Part shown: piece by piece, positions 26,731 through 38,628 of the stretch
Position numbering within the stretch: position 1 is the first letter of the stretch
Layout: each line of letters opens with the position of its first letter
NCBI GenBank assembly: GCA_013239625.1
Contig: MU054098.1
Coordinates: forward strand, 372,001-436,000
Length of the DNA stretch: 64,000 nt
Reading direction: 5' to 3'
DNA from: Lama guanicoe
Taxonomy: Eukaryota
The notes under the pieces: model-generated
What the model was told of the DNA's origin: nothing
The model's database searches: none
Seen by the model: the letters and a program-made list of their open reading frames with translations, nothing else
Position numbers and translations under genes: made by a program

Positions 26731-26910
26731 TGAATGCCTAACATTGAAAACTTTACCTTCTTGGGTGCTGGATATTATAATGTTGTTATAAATCTTCTTG
26801 AACTTTGTTCTGAGATGTGGTGAATGCCTAACATTGAAAACTTTACCTTCTTGGGTGCTGGATATTATAATGTTGTTATAAATCTTCTTGAACTTTGTTC
26901 TGAGATGTGG
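26731..26910. repeat. Perfect 90-bp tandem duplication
   Basis: 26731-26820 is identical to 26821-26910. Confidence 0.95.
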
Positions 26911-29123
26911 TTAAATTACTTGGCTATAATTTGATATTTTGGGGACACAGTTTTATGACTAGTTATGTGGAATCAGTGCTGCATCTAGTCTAGGGCCAAA
27001 TTTGCCCACCCTGCTGAGGCAAGACCTTTCTTAGTACTCTAGCTGATTTCCCATGAACTGTCAGATTTTCCAGTCTGGCTGATGGAAAATGGTACTACTT
27101 AGTCCTCTGTGATTCTTAGAATTATTCTCCCTAATCTTTCTGGTGATTCATTCTTTTGTGTAGTGTAGTTTCCTTACATGTATGATCAGTGATCAGTAGT
27201 CAGCTGAAAATTTGAAGGATGCCTCTGTAAAGCTCTTAAATTTCTTTCTCTGTTCAGTGCTCTTTTCTTTGTTACTTTGTCCTGTTAACTCCATCTGCCT
27301 TTTTCTCCCTGGTTCCCAATTTTGCCTCCTCAGTACCCCCTTGGCTCTGCCTTACCTGCCTTAGTTCCCCCTCTTTCGGCTGTACCCTAGAAACTCTCTT
27401 CCTGCTGCAACCTGACTCACTTGTGGCGTTTGCCTTGTTTGTTACCCATCTCTATGGGATAAATATCTTTTTTTCTTTGCCTGATAATCAGTCTCAGAAA
27501 GCATAATTTGATATATTTTTGTCTATTCTTTTTGTTTTTCAGTCAGGGTATATATCTGGTCACTGTTATCCTACCTTGGCCAGATGCAAAGTCTAATTTT
27601 TACCTTTTATGTGCTTAATCAGTGTTTACTTTTGATTGTTTCTTCCATGTGTCCTCTCCACTCCAACATTTAAAAAATTACTGCCCGTGTTTTTCAGATG
27701 CTTATGTGATTTTATCTTTACTTATATTTAAATTCTAGTGTTTTTCCTCCCTCCCTCCTTCTCTCATTTTTTTTGCTCACTCCCTCTCCTCCTCCTTTCT
27801 TTTTCTTTCTTTCTGTGTGTATTTTACAGTAGGTTAACCAGTTTTCTCAACACTGTTTGTTACTTAATTCATCATTTTCACAGTGATTCTAAATTTCATT
27901 GTTATCATAAGTTGTTATACTTGTGGTCAACTACTCTTCTTCCACTGAAAAATCTATAGATTCTGGAGTGACTACTATTTTACTATTGTAATTTAATAGA
28001 ATATATGTAATTTCCTAATAGGGAAGTCCCCTTTATTATATAACCTTTCTCTTCTTGGTCATCCGTTCTTCCAAATTAACTTTGAAACTTTTAAAATCAG
28101 GTTTCTAAAACAAGTCCAAAAATAACTTCTTGGATTTTTTAAAAATTAAAGTTTATTTCCATTATCAGTTATCTTGAAGGAAGAATTATGCCTATAATAT
28201 TTAGTATTTCTGCTCAAGAACTTTCCAGCTATTCAAGTACTTTACTAGACATTTGTAGTTTTTTTATGTAGGATTTGTACATGTCTAGTTAAGTTTCTTC
28301 CAATAGGTTTTCTTTTTTCAACTTTTTCTTCCTTTTATAAATGAGATTTTTCCTAATATATGGTATAATTTATTATAGTTGATATGTAGCGAAGCTGTCA
28401 AATTTTATATATTTTTCTGTAACTGGTAACCCTACCTCTCTTAATAGGTTTTTGGTGCTTTTTACACTTGGGCAGTCATATTTTCTATAAACTTTGAAAA
28501 TTTGTTTCCTTGTAATTTTTAAATGTTGCTTCTTTTCTTACTAAACCGTAGAGAAGTTCCACAACAGTGTTGAAAAATAGCAGCTCTAGTAGGCATTTTG
28601 TTTGTGTTTTTTCCAAAGTAACTCCTTGTTCAAATCTGCCACCTAACAACAGTATGCTGTCTACCTTACCACATAAAAAACTAGATGAAAAGAATTTCTA
28701 CTATAGCCCTGTGTGTCAAAATGAAAGGTTTGAGGCTTATCTCATAATCAGTAGTTCTGTAGACAGAAAAGAATTACTCTCCTAAGCACTTTGGCTTTTA
28801 GACAAAAGAAATTCATCTAAAGAAGTTAGGTTTGCTTTTTTTTAGTTTTTGGTAATGGCTTTAATGTAACAAAAGTCCTTAGAGTAGCCCTGTGCATGGA
28901 CTGATATTAAATAAGTCTATTTTGATGTTTTTTTAAGGAACATAAGTTATTTGGAACTTAGGTTTTTGTCAAGTTTAAGTTTTATGTTATTAGTTCAAAG
29001 TATAAGCATTGGTAAATTCTTTAGATTTCTGTTTAAAAAAAAAAGATAACTTTATAATGTTATTTTACACCTAAAGGTAGTTCTAAATATTTTAACATAT
29101 TAAGACATCTTTAATTTTTTTAG

Positions 29124-29172
29124 TGTCTCAGCAGATGAAGTTAATTCACCGTTATCACCCCTCACATGGCAG
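29124..29172 (+). CDS. LRCH2: LRCH2 exon (~13): VSADEVNSPLSPLTWQ
   Basis: tttttttag| acceptor, CAG|gtaaga donor, 49 nt. Confidence 0.94.
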
Positions 29173-29250
29173 GTAAGAAGAAATTAAATTACTATTATAT
29201 CTAATATTTTGTAGTCATTTATTTAGTTAAAAGGAATCATTTCATTACAG

Positions 29251-29367
29251 TCCTTAGAGAATCAGAAGGATCAAATAGATGAACAACAGTGGCCAGAATC
29301 TCAACCAATAATCTGGCAGAGTGAAGAAAGGAGGCGGAGCAAACAGATTAGAAAAGAATATTTCAAG
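29251..29367 (+). CDS. LRCH2: LRCH2 exon (~14): SLENQKDQIDEQQWPESQPIIWQSEERRRSKQIRKEYFK
   Basis: cattacag| acceptor, AAG|gtactt donor, 117 nt; follows a 78-nt intron. Confidence 0.95.
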
Positions 29368-30709
29368 GTACTTAAGTTTTGAAATTTACTTTGTAATTAT
29401 TAGTTTTGATTTTATCCATTTTGTTTTACATTAATACGACAAAATGTGACTAGTTAAATATAGTGGATGTGTTATTTTATTTTGATTTCCCACATGTGAT
29501 AAAGGTATATGATCCAGTCTTTTCCATAAAATTTCAATAATTCAAAATAATTGAGTGAATAGATCAATGTGAATTGTGATTTGCCAGATACTTTCCAAGA
29601 AAGGTGAATATTTGCTACACTGCTAGTTGTAGCAATATGTAATAATATTTTAAAAGAGTTACCCAAAAAGGTCTTTCATTGGATTTGCTTCAGTAAAGGA
29701 CTGACTCATATTTACAATTAGCATTTAAATGTTTCTTTGTAAATAAATGCTGTTGACATGGTTCTAAAAATGCCTGAAAACATTTTCCCCCATTTTCTTT
29801 TCTTACTACCTCAATATATTTCTTAGAATAGTCTATTAGCTAAAATTAAAGGTTCAGACCATCTGAATTATCTCAAATTTCTAGTTAGCAGGGTTTTAGT
29901 GAAATTTCATTGTGTACACCTTTGTGAATACTGTAATGTTGTCTATTTGTGGTTAAGGTCTGCTGTGTTTATAGTAGCCAGTCATTGGAATTGGAGTAAT
30001 CTTTAATACGAGTCAGAATTCGTTATTCGAATTTCTGACTCGAGTGAACAGTGCCAAGAAGCTCCAACAAGCTCCTGTACTATGAATAGCAAACTTCGTT
30101 GTGTTTATGAACCTTTTCTGTTTTCCAGAGCCTAGTTTTATCTAATAATAAACATATCTGATATATAGTTCTAAGCTAAATTATAGGTAATTTGAAGTTT
30201 ATATCACCAATAAATAGGATCATATTTCATGCTTCTTTCAGTTTGGTAAAAGTGAGTCTCGATCCACATTGATCTGTTTCCTTATTATGGTAGTGTAACA
30301 TATATTTGGAAGTAGTATGACCAGAACAAAAATGTTATATGTCTAGTGAGTCTGTGATGAGTTTACTCCTTCAGCAAATAATTACTGAATTCTTTTAATG
30401 AGCCTTATGTTATCTGGTCAATATGAGATAATAAAGAAATAGAAAAGGGAAGGACAGTCTAAGCAGAACCCTGGTCAGTACCCTTTACAAATCTGCAGTT
30501 ATATTTACATTCTGGCATTTACTAATTTAAAGTCCCCACTTAGGGGATTTGAACAAAGGCACTAAAGGAAATTTGTTAATAGATAAAAAAAAACTTGGAT
30601 GATTGATGATGTTGTAGAAATTTAGGTATTTCTAACTAATAAAAGAGTTTTGGTATTTATTTGCTCTATAGTATAGTAAAAAGCATACAAATTCTGACTT
30701 TATCAAAAT

Positions 30710-30910
30710 ACTTACATAGCACTTAGTAAGTGCCAGGTACTATTCTAAGTACTTTACAAATATCAACTCATTTAATCTTCATAACAACTCTATGAAGTAA
30801 GTGCAATTAATATCACTCCTATCTAACAGGGGAATAAAGGCACAGAGAGGCTCAGTAATATGCTTCAGGTCACTTAGCTCATCAACACCTGAATCAAGAC
30901 CTGAACCCAC
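30710..30910 (-). mobile_element. MIR SINE
   Basis: gtgccaggtactattctaagtactttaca...aactcatttaatcttcataacaactctatga...aggcacagagagg. Confidence 0.8.
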
Positions 30911-32124
30911 AGCCTACGCTGCGCTGCCTGCTGACCTGCTGAGGATAGCCTAATAGCAGAGGAGCAAACACTTTCACATAAATACAGTTTTATTGTTTTT
31001 TAAATATTTTATTGTAACTCAAGTAAACTTCTCAATTAAGTCTTAATAGAAGCCTCAGTAAACCTTTGAAAATGGTTCTTTGATGTAATAGTATCATTTG
31101 TTAAGTATTTTATTTTTTATGGCCTAAGTATACCTTGTATGATATTGCTATTTTATCAATTGCTAAGAGAGCAAATGAAATAAAATTAAAATGTCTTAAT
31201 CATCATTCAACAAATGTTGATTTCTTCTATGGTTAATAAAGTAGGTGCAAAGGTAAGCTTCAGTCACTGGGAAATGTTCAGGAGATATGTAGTTCTCCTC
31301 AGCAGTCAGAAGATGTCAGTATTAGGACACTAAAAAAATTGAATAAGAAAATTTTTTCCTAAGATGTTAAAAAAAATTATAAAATTGAGGTACTACTCTC
31401 TAAATGAAGTCAAAACTGTTACTCAGATTTGCCAGTGTTTTCATAATTTAAAATATCGATTTCTATGAAGTGTCTCTTTCAAAAAGAAAATTTCTCTTAA
31501 TCACTTATTTCTCAAGAATCAAAAGGCTTATTCATAAGATATGGTATTTGAACTTAATCTAGATTTATAGTTAAAGTATACTACTCTAGAGATATGTATC
31601 GAATTATCACTAAGCTCACTCAGTGATGGCTCCTTTAGTTTGCTGTTATGAAACATACAGAGCTTTTGTGCAACTTTACCTTAACACATATAAATGCCTG
31701 AACCACGGGATTTCTTTGTGTCCTATGGTAAATTATTCATGATGCTGTTATTGAGAAGATTTATTGAAAGTGCGTGTGTGTCTCTCTGTGTGTCTGTGTT
31801 TGTGTGAAATTCAGCTCTCCAGCTTCTTAGTTGCTAAGACTGATTTTGGGTAGTAGGTTTTTCAGGTAAGCCCCTGAAAATAAGTAAAAAATGTTTCAAC
31901 ATAATTAGCCAGGTTATGTGAGTAAGAAGATGAATTCTCAGATTATATGAGTAAGTAAATCGTTCTAGGAGAGTTATAGTAATCCTTTTAGACTTCGGCC
32001 ACTCTTACATAGATTACTGTTAGTAAATAAAATTTAATGTCATTGTTGCTGAAATAAAATCAGTGTGTTTCTCAATGTAAAGGTATTCCAGGAAATACAT
32101 TACTGTGTTAAAATTTTTTACAGA

Positions 32125-32220
32125 AATTTATTATTTTATTAATTAATTATAATTATTATTATATTATATAATATAATTATACAAATATAGTTATAATAAA
32201 TAATTAATATTAATTATTTG
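32125..32220. repeat. AT-rich low-complexity tract
   Basis: Almost pure A/T (ttattaattaattataattattattatattatataat...). Confidence 0.85.
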
Positions 32221-34119
32221 AATAAGATATACAACAAAGTATGAAAATCTAACCTTTTATTGGTAATGTTCAGTGTAAATTCGCAGCTTTAATTTCTTAT
32301 AAGAATGGTAACACATACATTTCTAAATGCATTTGATGATTGATTTCTAAATAAAAAGTTAAAAAGCGTTAGATTAACTATACCCAATTAATTTTAAGGA
32401 TTATTTGATTTATTTAAATGCCATATATATTTGTCTTCAAATGTATTCCCATTACTTTTGTGATAAAACATTATAATGACTCTTAACTTACATATCTGAT
32501 TTTGTAAATATAGTACAGTATTTTAAATTTAAAGACGAATACTGAGAAAAATATTTTTATGTATTTTTTCTGACCATGGTTAATTTTATACTGGAATAGG
32601 GAAGCCAATTGGGCTTGTGAAATAACCTGAGTTGTTCTAAGTCAGAGTTTGTGCACAAGTTAGTCTCTCTTGTGATATAAGCTTCAGAGATGAACTGACC
32701 TTTTTGTTTGTGAATTGGCCTTTATTTGAACTTATATATAATAAAACTTAAGTTATTCAGACTAATAATTGAGCACAGCTGAGTTGAATTAGTAAAAACT
32801 TAAACTTATGAAATATTTTAGAATCTATGTATATATTTAGATTTGGATTTTAAGACCATTAAATATGTGCAGTAATGCAAAACTTAGTATCTTTCTAAGT
32901 TGTCATGTGTAATGGATATTTTAAATTAGAATAGCATTTGAGTGACAGTAATATAAGTCTCATTATCTAAGTTCTTTTCTGCATCATACTCTGTTTCTTT
33001 ATCAATTATCTGCTCACTTTTCTATGTCCTTACTATCTCTTTACCTTCTATCTTATAAATGTGCTCAGACCTCTACCATTATCTCTGATTTCCCTTTCAG
33101 CTGTTGCCTTATCTCTTTGCTTTCTTCTCGGGCCAAACTTGCCATTCCTAGGTCTCCAGTTTCTGATCACTCCTTACACTACTGCAGTCTGGCTTTCACC
33201 TCCATTGAAATAGCCCCTCACTAGAGCCTAACACGTACCTACTATAGGCAAAATCCAGTGTAGCATTTGACAGTGGTGACCACATCTTTCTTCTTGAAAC
33301 TGCTTTCTTGGTTTCTGCCTCATTTTCCTTCTCTGATTTTTATGTTTTCTTTTTGATGTTCCTGGCTAACTTTTCTTCTGACTTTTCTTCTACTTGGTCT
33401 CAGGATCTTATCCCCTTTTATTATTCTGTCTGAAGCTTTTTTGACTCCAGATGTCTCATATTCTGCTGGGTCTAAATTTACATCTTATAAATTAATTTTC
33501 TGGTCTCCAGACCTGTGTTTCGAATTGTCTGGATGCTATATATTTCAAATTCAATATGTCTCCCCCTCCTGCCCCACCACCATTGAGCTTGCTCCTCCCC
33601 TCTATTCTGTATTTTGGTTGTTAGTGGTATTATCCACCCAGGCCCCTAAGCTCTATATCTCAGTCCTCCTTGATCTTTCCCTCTTTCTTTCTCCTTACTA
33701 ATTGGTCACTAGGATGCTAATTATGCATCTTTCCCGGATTCATCACCTCTTCTCCATATCTACTGACCTTTCTTTTGTTGGAACCCTCGTTCTTTCTTGT
33801 TTGGGCAATTGTAATAATTTCTTAATGGTCCCCCTTTCTCAAGTTTCACAGTCCTTAGAGAAATACCTGGCTTAAAATTCTTTATTGGCTCCCCATTATC
33901 AATAACATAAAGTTAGGACTTTTTAAAAACTTCATAGCCATCCTTACCTCTTTCTCTAAGTTTTATTACCTGCCACAATTCACTTTCGTTAGCTACTCTT
34001 TGTTTTCTGTGTAGGCTGAGCATTTTTATTCCTTTGTGCTTTCCTTCTTCTGAGCATGCCCATTCTTTTATTCCTGGAAAATTCCTACTAATAATTCAGT
34101 CATTCAAGATTTAGGAATG

Positions 34120-34365
34120 AGAGTATAGTACAGTGGTTAAGGGTCTTGGCTTCAAAAATCAAACCACTTTGGTTCCAGTCCTTACTTAGATTTCTACTAA
34201 CTGAATGACTTTGGCAAATTACCTAATCTTGCTGAACTCAATTTTTTTTAATCTTCAAATGATTTCAATGGGATCATCCTTCACAGGATTGTTTTAACTA
34301 TTGAATTGTTAAATAATATAAAGTACCTTGAACAGCACTTGCCACAGAGTACACACTTCATAAAA
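34120..34365 (+). mobile_element. MIR SINE
   Basis: gtatagtacagtggttaagg...tgactttggcaaattacctaatct. Confidence 0.65.
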
Positions 34366-34395
34366 GCTTATTTTTCACTAAAATGTTACTCTTTT

Positions 34396-34806
34396 ATTTC
34401 ATTTTTTGTTTGTTTTTCTACCAGACATTTTTATAAGGTGTTAATTCTCAATTAGGATTCAGAAGGATTCAGCAAAGATCGGGGCAAAGAAGGTCATGGT
34501 CAGGAATGCAGGCTGCATCTTCCTCTTCAGTGGTACTTGGATAACCGCTCATGTTTGGGTTCCTTGTAAGAAAAGCAGTAGTTGAAAAATATGTAAGCAT
34601 AGAAACCCTAGTGATGCTCCCTTTCTTCACATTGACATACTCGTAATACTGGTAGTAACCTCTTTGAAACGCTCCAACAGTGCCTTTAGGGGTGAAATCC
34701 TGCATCAACATCCAGTTTGGGCAGCTCCCCTCTTTTGACATCCAGGAGTTTCATCTCCTTCACTAGTATGACTGATGCCATCCTGGGGTCCTGGTGTTCA
34801 CTGTCC
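34396..34806 (-). pseudogene. ATP5MF (ATP synthase subunit f, ATP5J2) processed pseudogene
   Basis: Minus strand from ATG at 34781 to TGA at 34527 reads MASVILVKEMKLLDVKRGELP / WMLMQDFTPKGTVGAFQRGYYQYYEYVNVKKGSITRVSML / YIFFNYCFSYKEPKHERLSKYH* with two frameshifts. No introns; 3' UTR and decayed poly(A) at about 34396-34418; degenerate TSD aaatgttactctttt / aagtgtcattctttt. Confidence 0.93.
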
Positions 34807-36034
34807 AAGTGTCATTCTTTTGTTGAAGTAGAATAGAACAAGAACAAGTGCCATCAAGGACATCATGCCTAAGGATGGCAAATATGTTTATTCACACATA
34901 CCAACTCCATTTAGTGGCTATCTGAACCATTGGGTTGAAAACATATTGAGGCTATGTCTGGGATCAGCTAAAAAGCGCACTTTGTCATAAGTCACAGGAG
35001 AGACAATGGAGGAATTTAGGTCTTGTATTTGTAATCCCTAACACTGCTCATCCTCCAGTTTGTGGTTGAGCTATCAGATAGGTTATCTATTTTTTCAAGA
35101 TTTGTGAAAGCTAAAGCTGCATTAGTAAAGGGGGCCATTAAATAGAACTTTGAATGCCAGGCAGAGAAATTTGTATAAAATCTGAAAGTTAGGTTTTCTT
35201 CAATAGAAGAGTTATGAGTTATTTCTGGTGAGAAGGAATCAGAAGAACTTTAGTGGTTGTCATACTGTATTTCCTTGATTCTTGATCCTATAAATGAGCA
35301 CTTTTTTCACATTCTAGCATTTTTGATATTAAGCAAGTTACCCCTTGCCTCAGTATAAAATAGATAGTGTTTACCTCAGGGTTGTTAAGAAGATTAAATG
35401 GATTAATACATGTAACACACTTCAACCAGTGCCTGGCATATAGTAAGCAGTAGTATAAGTGTTAGCTGTTATCACTATTACTGTATAGTCAATATATACA
35501 TTTAATGTAGTATCTTTTAACCTAAAATTAGTAGGTTTCTTAAAAATGGATGACATTTTTGAATGGTGAGATTACGACTAGGTGTGAGATAATGGCACCT
35601 AGAATAGAATAGTAGTTGAGAGAACTCAGAAGAAGTAAGTCTGAGAGAGATTACAGAAAGAATTGACTTGATATTTTTGTTTATAAGGGATTAAGAAAAA
35701 AGGAAGATTTAAGACAACACTCAGATTGCAAACCTAAATGAATAGGAAATAAATTGGTTTAGAAGGGAAATGTTACTTGATATATGGACTTAGAACAATG
35801 CCTTGTACATAGAAAGTACAGTTTGTGTTAGCCATTAGTAAGTAGTAGGACTATTTAAACTCATTTGTAATTAAACAGTTTAATTTGTATATTTTACATA
35901 TAATTTACTTTTTATATATAATTCAGATAATTTAGTAAAAGTACCAAAATGTGACTAACCTCATATGTAATTTACTAGTTAGAGAATTCATATGTTCAAG
36001 GAAAAATAAAGTATGTGCTTTAAATATTTTTCAG

Positions 36035-36079
36035 TATAAATCATCAAGGAAGAGTTCAAGTGGCAATGAAAATGATGAG
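36035..36079 (+). CDS. LRCH2: LRCH2 exon (~15): YKSSRKSSSGNENDE
   Basis: tttttcag| acceptor, GAG|gtgaga donor, 45 nt, phase 0-0. Confidence 0.92.
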
Positions 36080-36719
36080 GTGAGACAAGAGGGTAATATT
36101 AGCAGTTATTTAAAATATTTACGTTTCGCATGTAGTTGGCTTAATCAGAGTAAAATGTGATCAGTTTTTCAGTTTGTTACTGATTTAATGCATGGGTTTT
36201 CTCCAATAATGAAAACAGAGCATCATTATACAAGTATTAATTTAATCATGCAGTATCCATTTGTCCTTTGTAGTTCAACTTTAGAATTTTACTAACATTC
36301 ATCTTAAAACTGTAACTCATGAATTTAAAATTTTTACATTTTCCTAGTTTTTATCTTCCTAAATCAACCTGGTGTGTCAGTTGAGATTTTTTTTCTTTGG
36401 AATTTGTTAGTCTCTTTTCACAAACTCTGTATGCTATTTTAGCATTTAAGCTTAGATTTCTACGGTTTGTGCATTGCTATAAACTTTTCTACCTCATCAT
36501 TTTAAGCTGTGCAGCAGCCTGGCATTTTTGAAATGATGTCATCTCATCACCATCTACTTAAGTTTTGTGTATTTTTGTTTGGTGGAATTGGTAGTTAATT
36601 TGATGTTGGATACTTGGCAGGGCTTCTGAAAACTTTAATTTTAGGAAATATGATCACCCCCAAAACGTTTGCTGTACACTAAACTAGAGGTTCAGCTTGG
36701 CTGTTCTCTCTGTCTCTTT

Positions 36720-37460
36720 ATATTTTATATCCACTTTGGTCCTGCCTGCTTCAATATCTAATCAGTTACCATGACCTACTTTTTTTTTGATACTGACGTA
36801 CTTTGAATACATTCCTCATCTACATTTCTGCTATTTCTGCTCTAGCACAGACCCTTATCATTTCTTACCAGTAACTGCAATAGCATCCTTGCTTTTCTCC
36901 CTTTCTCTGGTCCATTTTCCTCTCTGCTGCCAGTGATTGAAAGAACATAAATATGATCAGGCCATTTCCTTGCTTAGAAACTTTAGTGTCTCCTCATTAC
37001 TGAGAAAGTAAATTCTAGGTCCTTGATCAAGCTCCTGCTTACCACATCAGCCTCAACTCATGACTTGCCCTCCTTTCACCATACTCTCCAAAAACATGGA
37101 ACTGCAAGGTTTTCTGCACTCATCCTTTCATTTATTGCTTCTGTGCCTTTGTCCTTGTTGTCCTTTATCTTGGAATATTGTTCCCTTCTTTTTTTGATAA
37201 ACATTTACTCGGTTTTTTACTTTCTCAGGAAACTTGCCTTCTCCCCCAGTCCCACTATTTCCCTGAGCACCCTTTATCTGTGCCCCATAATATGCCATGC
37301 ATGGCTCTATCATTGTACTGAGAAGGTTGTTTTACCCGTGTAAATGAATCTATTTTCCCCCTAGACTGAAAGATCCTTGAGTGGATGATATTTTACTAAA
37401 TTTCAGTATTCCCAGAGTCTAGCACAGTGTCTGACATAAAGTAGGTGCTCAAGTAATCAT
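36720..37460 (+). mobile_element. L2 fragment
   Basis: Ends ctagactgaaagatccttgag...tctagcacagtgtctgacataaagtaggtgctcaa. Confidence 0.65.
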
Positions 37461-37852
37461 ATGTTGTATGATGAGTACATGTCCTATGTGGTATGCGTAT
37501 TCAAGGTTAAACGTTTAGATTTTTGTATTTGTTTATTAGTAGTCATTGAAAAAAAATGGACCATTTAGTATTATCTTATGCAATTAAATTCTTTGTAATT
37601 ATTTCTAAGCCTATTTTAGATACACATAATTTTCCAGGTAAACACTATTATTTGGGGTGATGGAATTTTTGCATGCTTCCATGTACCTGTCTCAGATTGT
37701 AATATATTGTTGCCATTTTCTATTAGGAATTAATCTTGACTCATGGATATTTTCTAAGACATATAGAAAGATTTTTCATTTGTGATATTTAAAGGAAATG
37801 AATTTATAAGAAAATATTTGATGTGAGTAGATACTACTTCTAAAACTTTAGT

Positions 37853-37992
37853 TTAAAGTGCTTATGAATCACCTGGGAATCTTACTGAAATACAGATTCT
37901 GATTCAGTAGGTCTTGGGTGGGGCCTGAGATTCTGCATTTCTAACAAGCTCCCAACGATGTTGATGCTGCTGGTCCACAGACCACACTTTGG
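37853..37992. mobile_element. MER5A/B-like hAT-Charlie relic
   Basis: gaatcacctggg...gattctgattcagtaggtcttgggtggggcctgagattctgcatttctaacaagctccca...gctggtccacagaccacactttg. Confidence 0.85.
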
Positions 37993-38125
37993 CAAGGTGA
38001 TAGATGGTATTTTCCAGATTCTTCTTTAGTAGTTGATCAGAACAATTTTCAATTTTCCTTTTTTATGTCTGAATCATCATTCATATTTTAATTTCATCTT
38101 TCATCTTTTTATTTTTATATTTTAG

Positions 38126-38176
38126 CAAGAAAGTGATAATGCTAATATGTCACCACAATCTCCAGTGTCATCTGAG
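38126..38176 (+). CDS. LRCH2: LRCH2 exon (~16): QESDNANMSPQSPVSSE
   Basis: attttag| acceptor, GAG|gtacaa donor, 51 nt, phase 0-0 (skippable in frame). Confidence 0.9.
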
Positions 38177-38500
38177 GTACAAGTTCTGTTTTTAAATGTG
38201 TTTACATAGGTTTCTTTGTCTCTTCTCTCTAACCTCATCTTTCTTTCTTTTTTTTAAATGTAATTTATTCATCCATATTTAAAAGGTTGATTTGTGCAAA
38301 CCTAGCCTATAAAAAGACTCTAAGAACACCATATCTTTGTACAAATATTCATAATGAATATCCCTTAAGTTACTTATTGGAAAATGCCTATAGATCACAG
38401 AAAAGAATTCACTTCATATGGTTTTTATGTTTTATAATTTGATTCATATTTTGAAATAAATAACAGCTTTCAAATTTTCAATTTGAAAAGAAATATTTCA

Positions 38501-38628
38501 GCATTGTGCAATGGCCTTTGGTTTTTCTCATAACCAATTAGGTCTGAAAGCAATGCAAGAAAAACTTTCCTTTTTCCACGAGAAACATCCCTGCTGTGGG
38601 TTGTTCCTATCGACAGGAGGGTACACAT
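38501..38628 (+). ncRNA. SNORA35B: Intronic box H/ACA snoRNA, SNORA35/HBI-36 family (SNORA35B-like)
   Basis: Hairpin-hinge-hairpin-tail layout. 5' stem GCATTG/CAATGC with upper stem TTGGTT/AACCAA; box H AGAAAA at 38558-38563; 3' stem CTTTCCT/AGGAGGG with upper stem AACATCCC/GGGTTGTT; ACA at 38623-38625, 3 nt from the end; 128 nt, sense to the host. The name rests on my recollection that human SNORA35B lies in LRCH2. Confidence 0.85.

Larger units (their letters stand above)
24740..28600 (-). mobile_element. Old, degenerate L1 (L1M/L1ME-type) fragments
   Basis: T-rich antisense L1 signatures such as ctttcagtttttgtatgtctgaaaaa and ccttcatttttgaaagatactttgctagtataaaattctaggttgaca; boundaries approximate. 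Confidence 0.65.
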
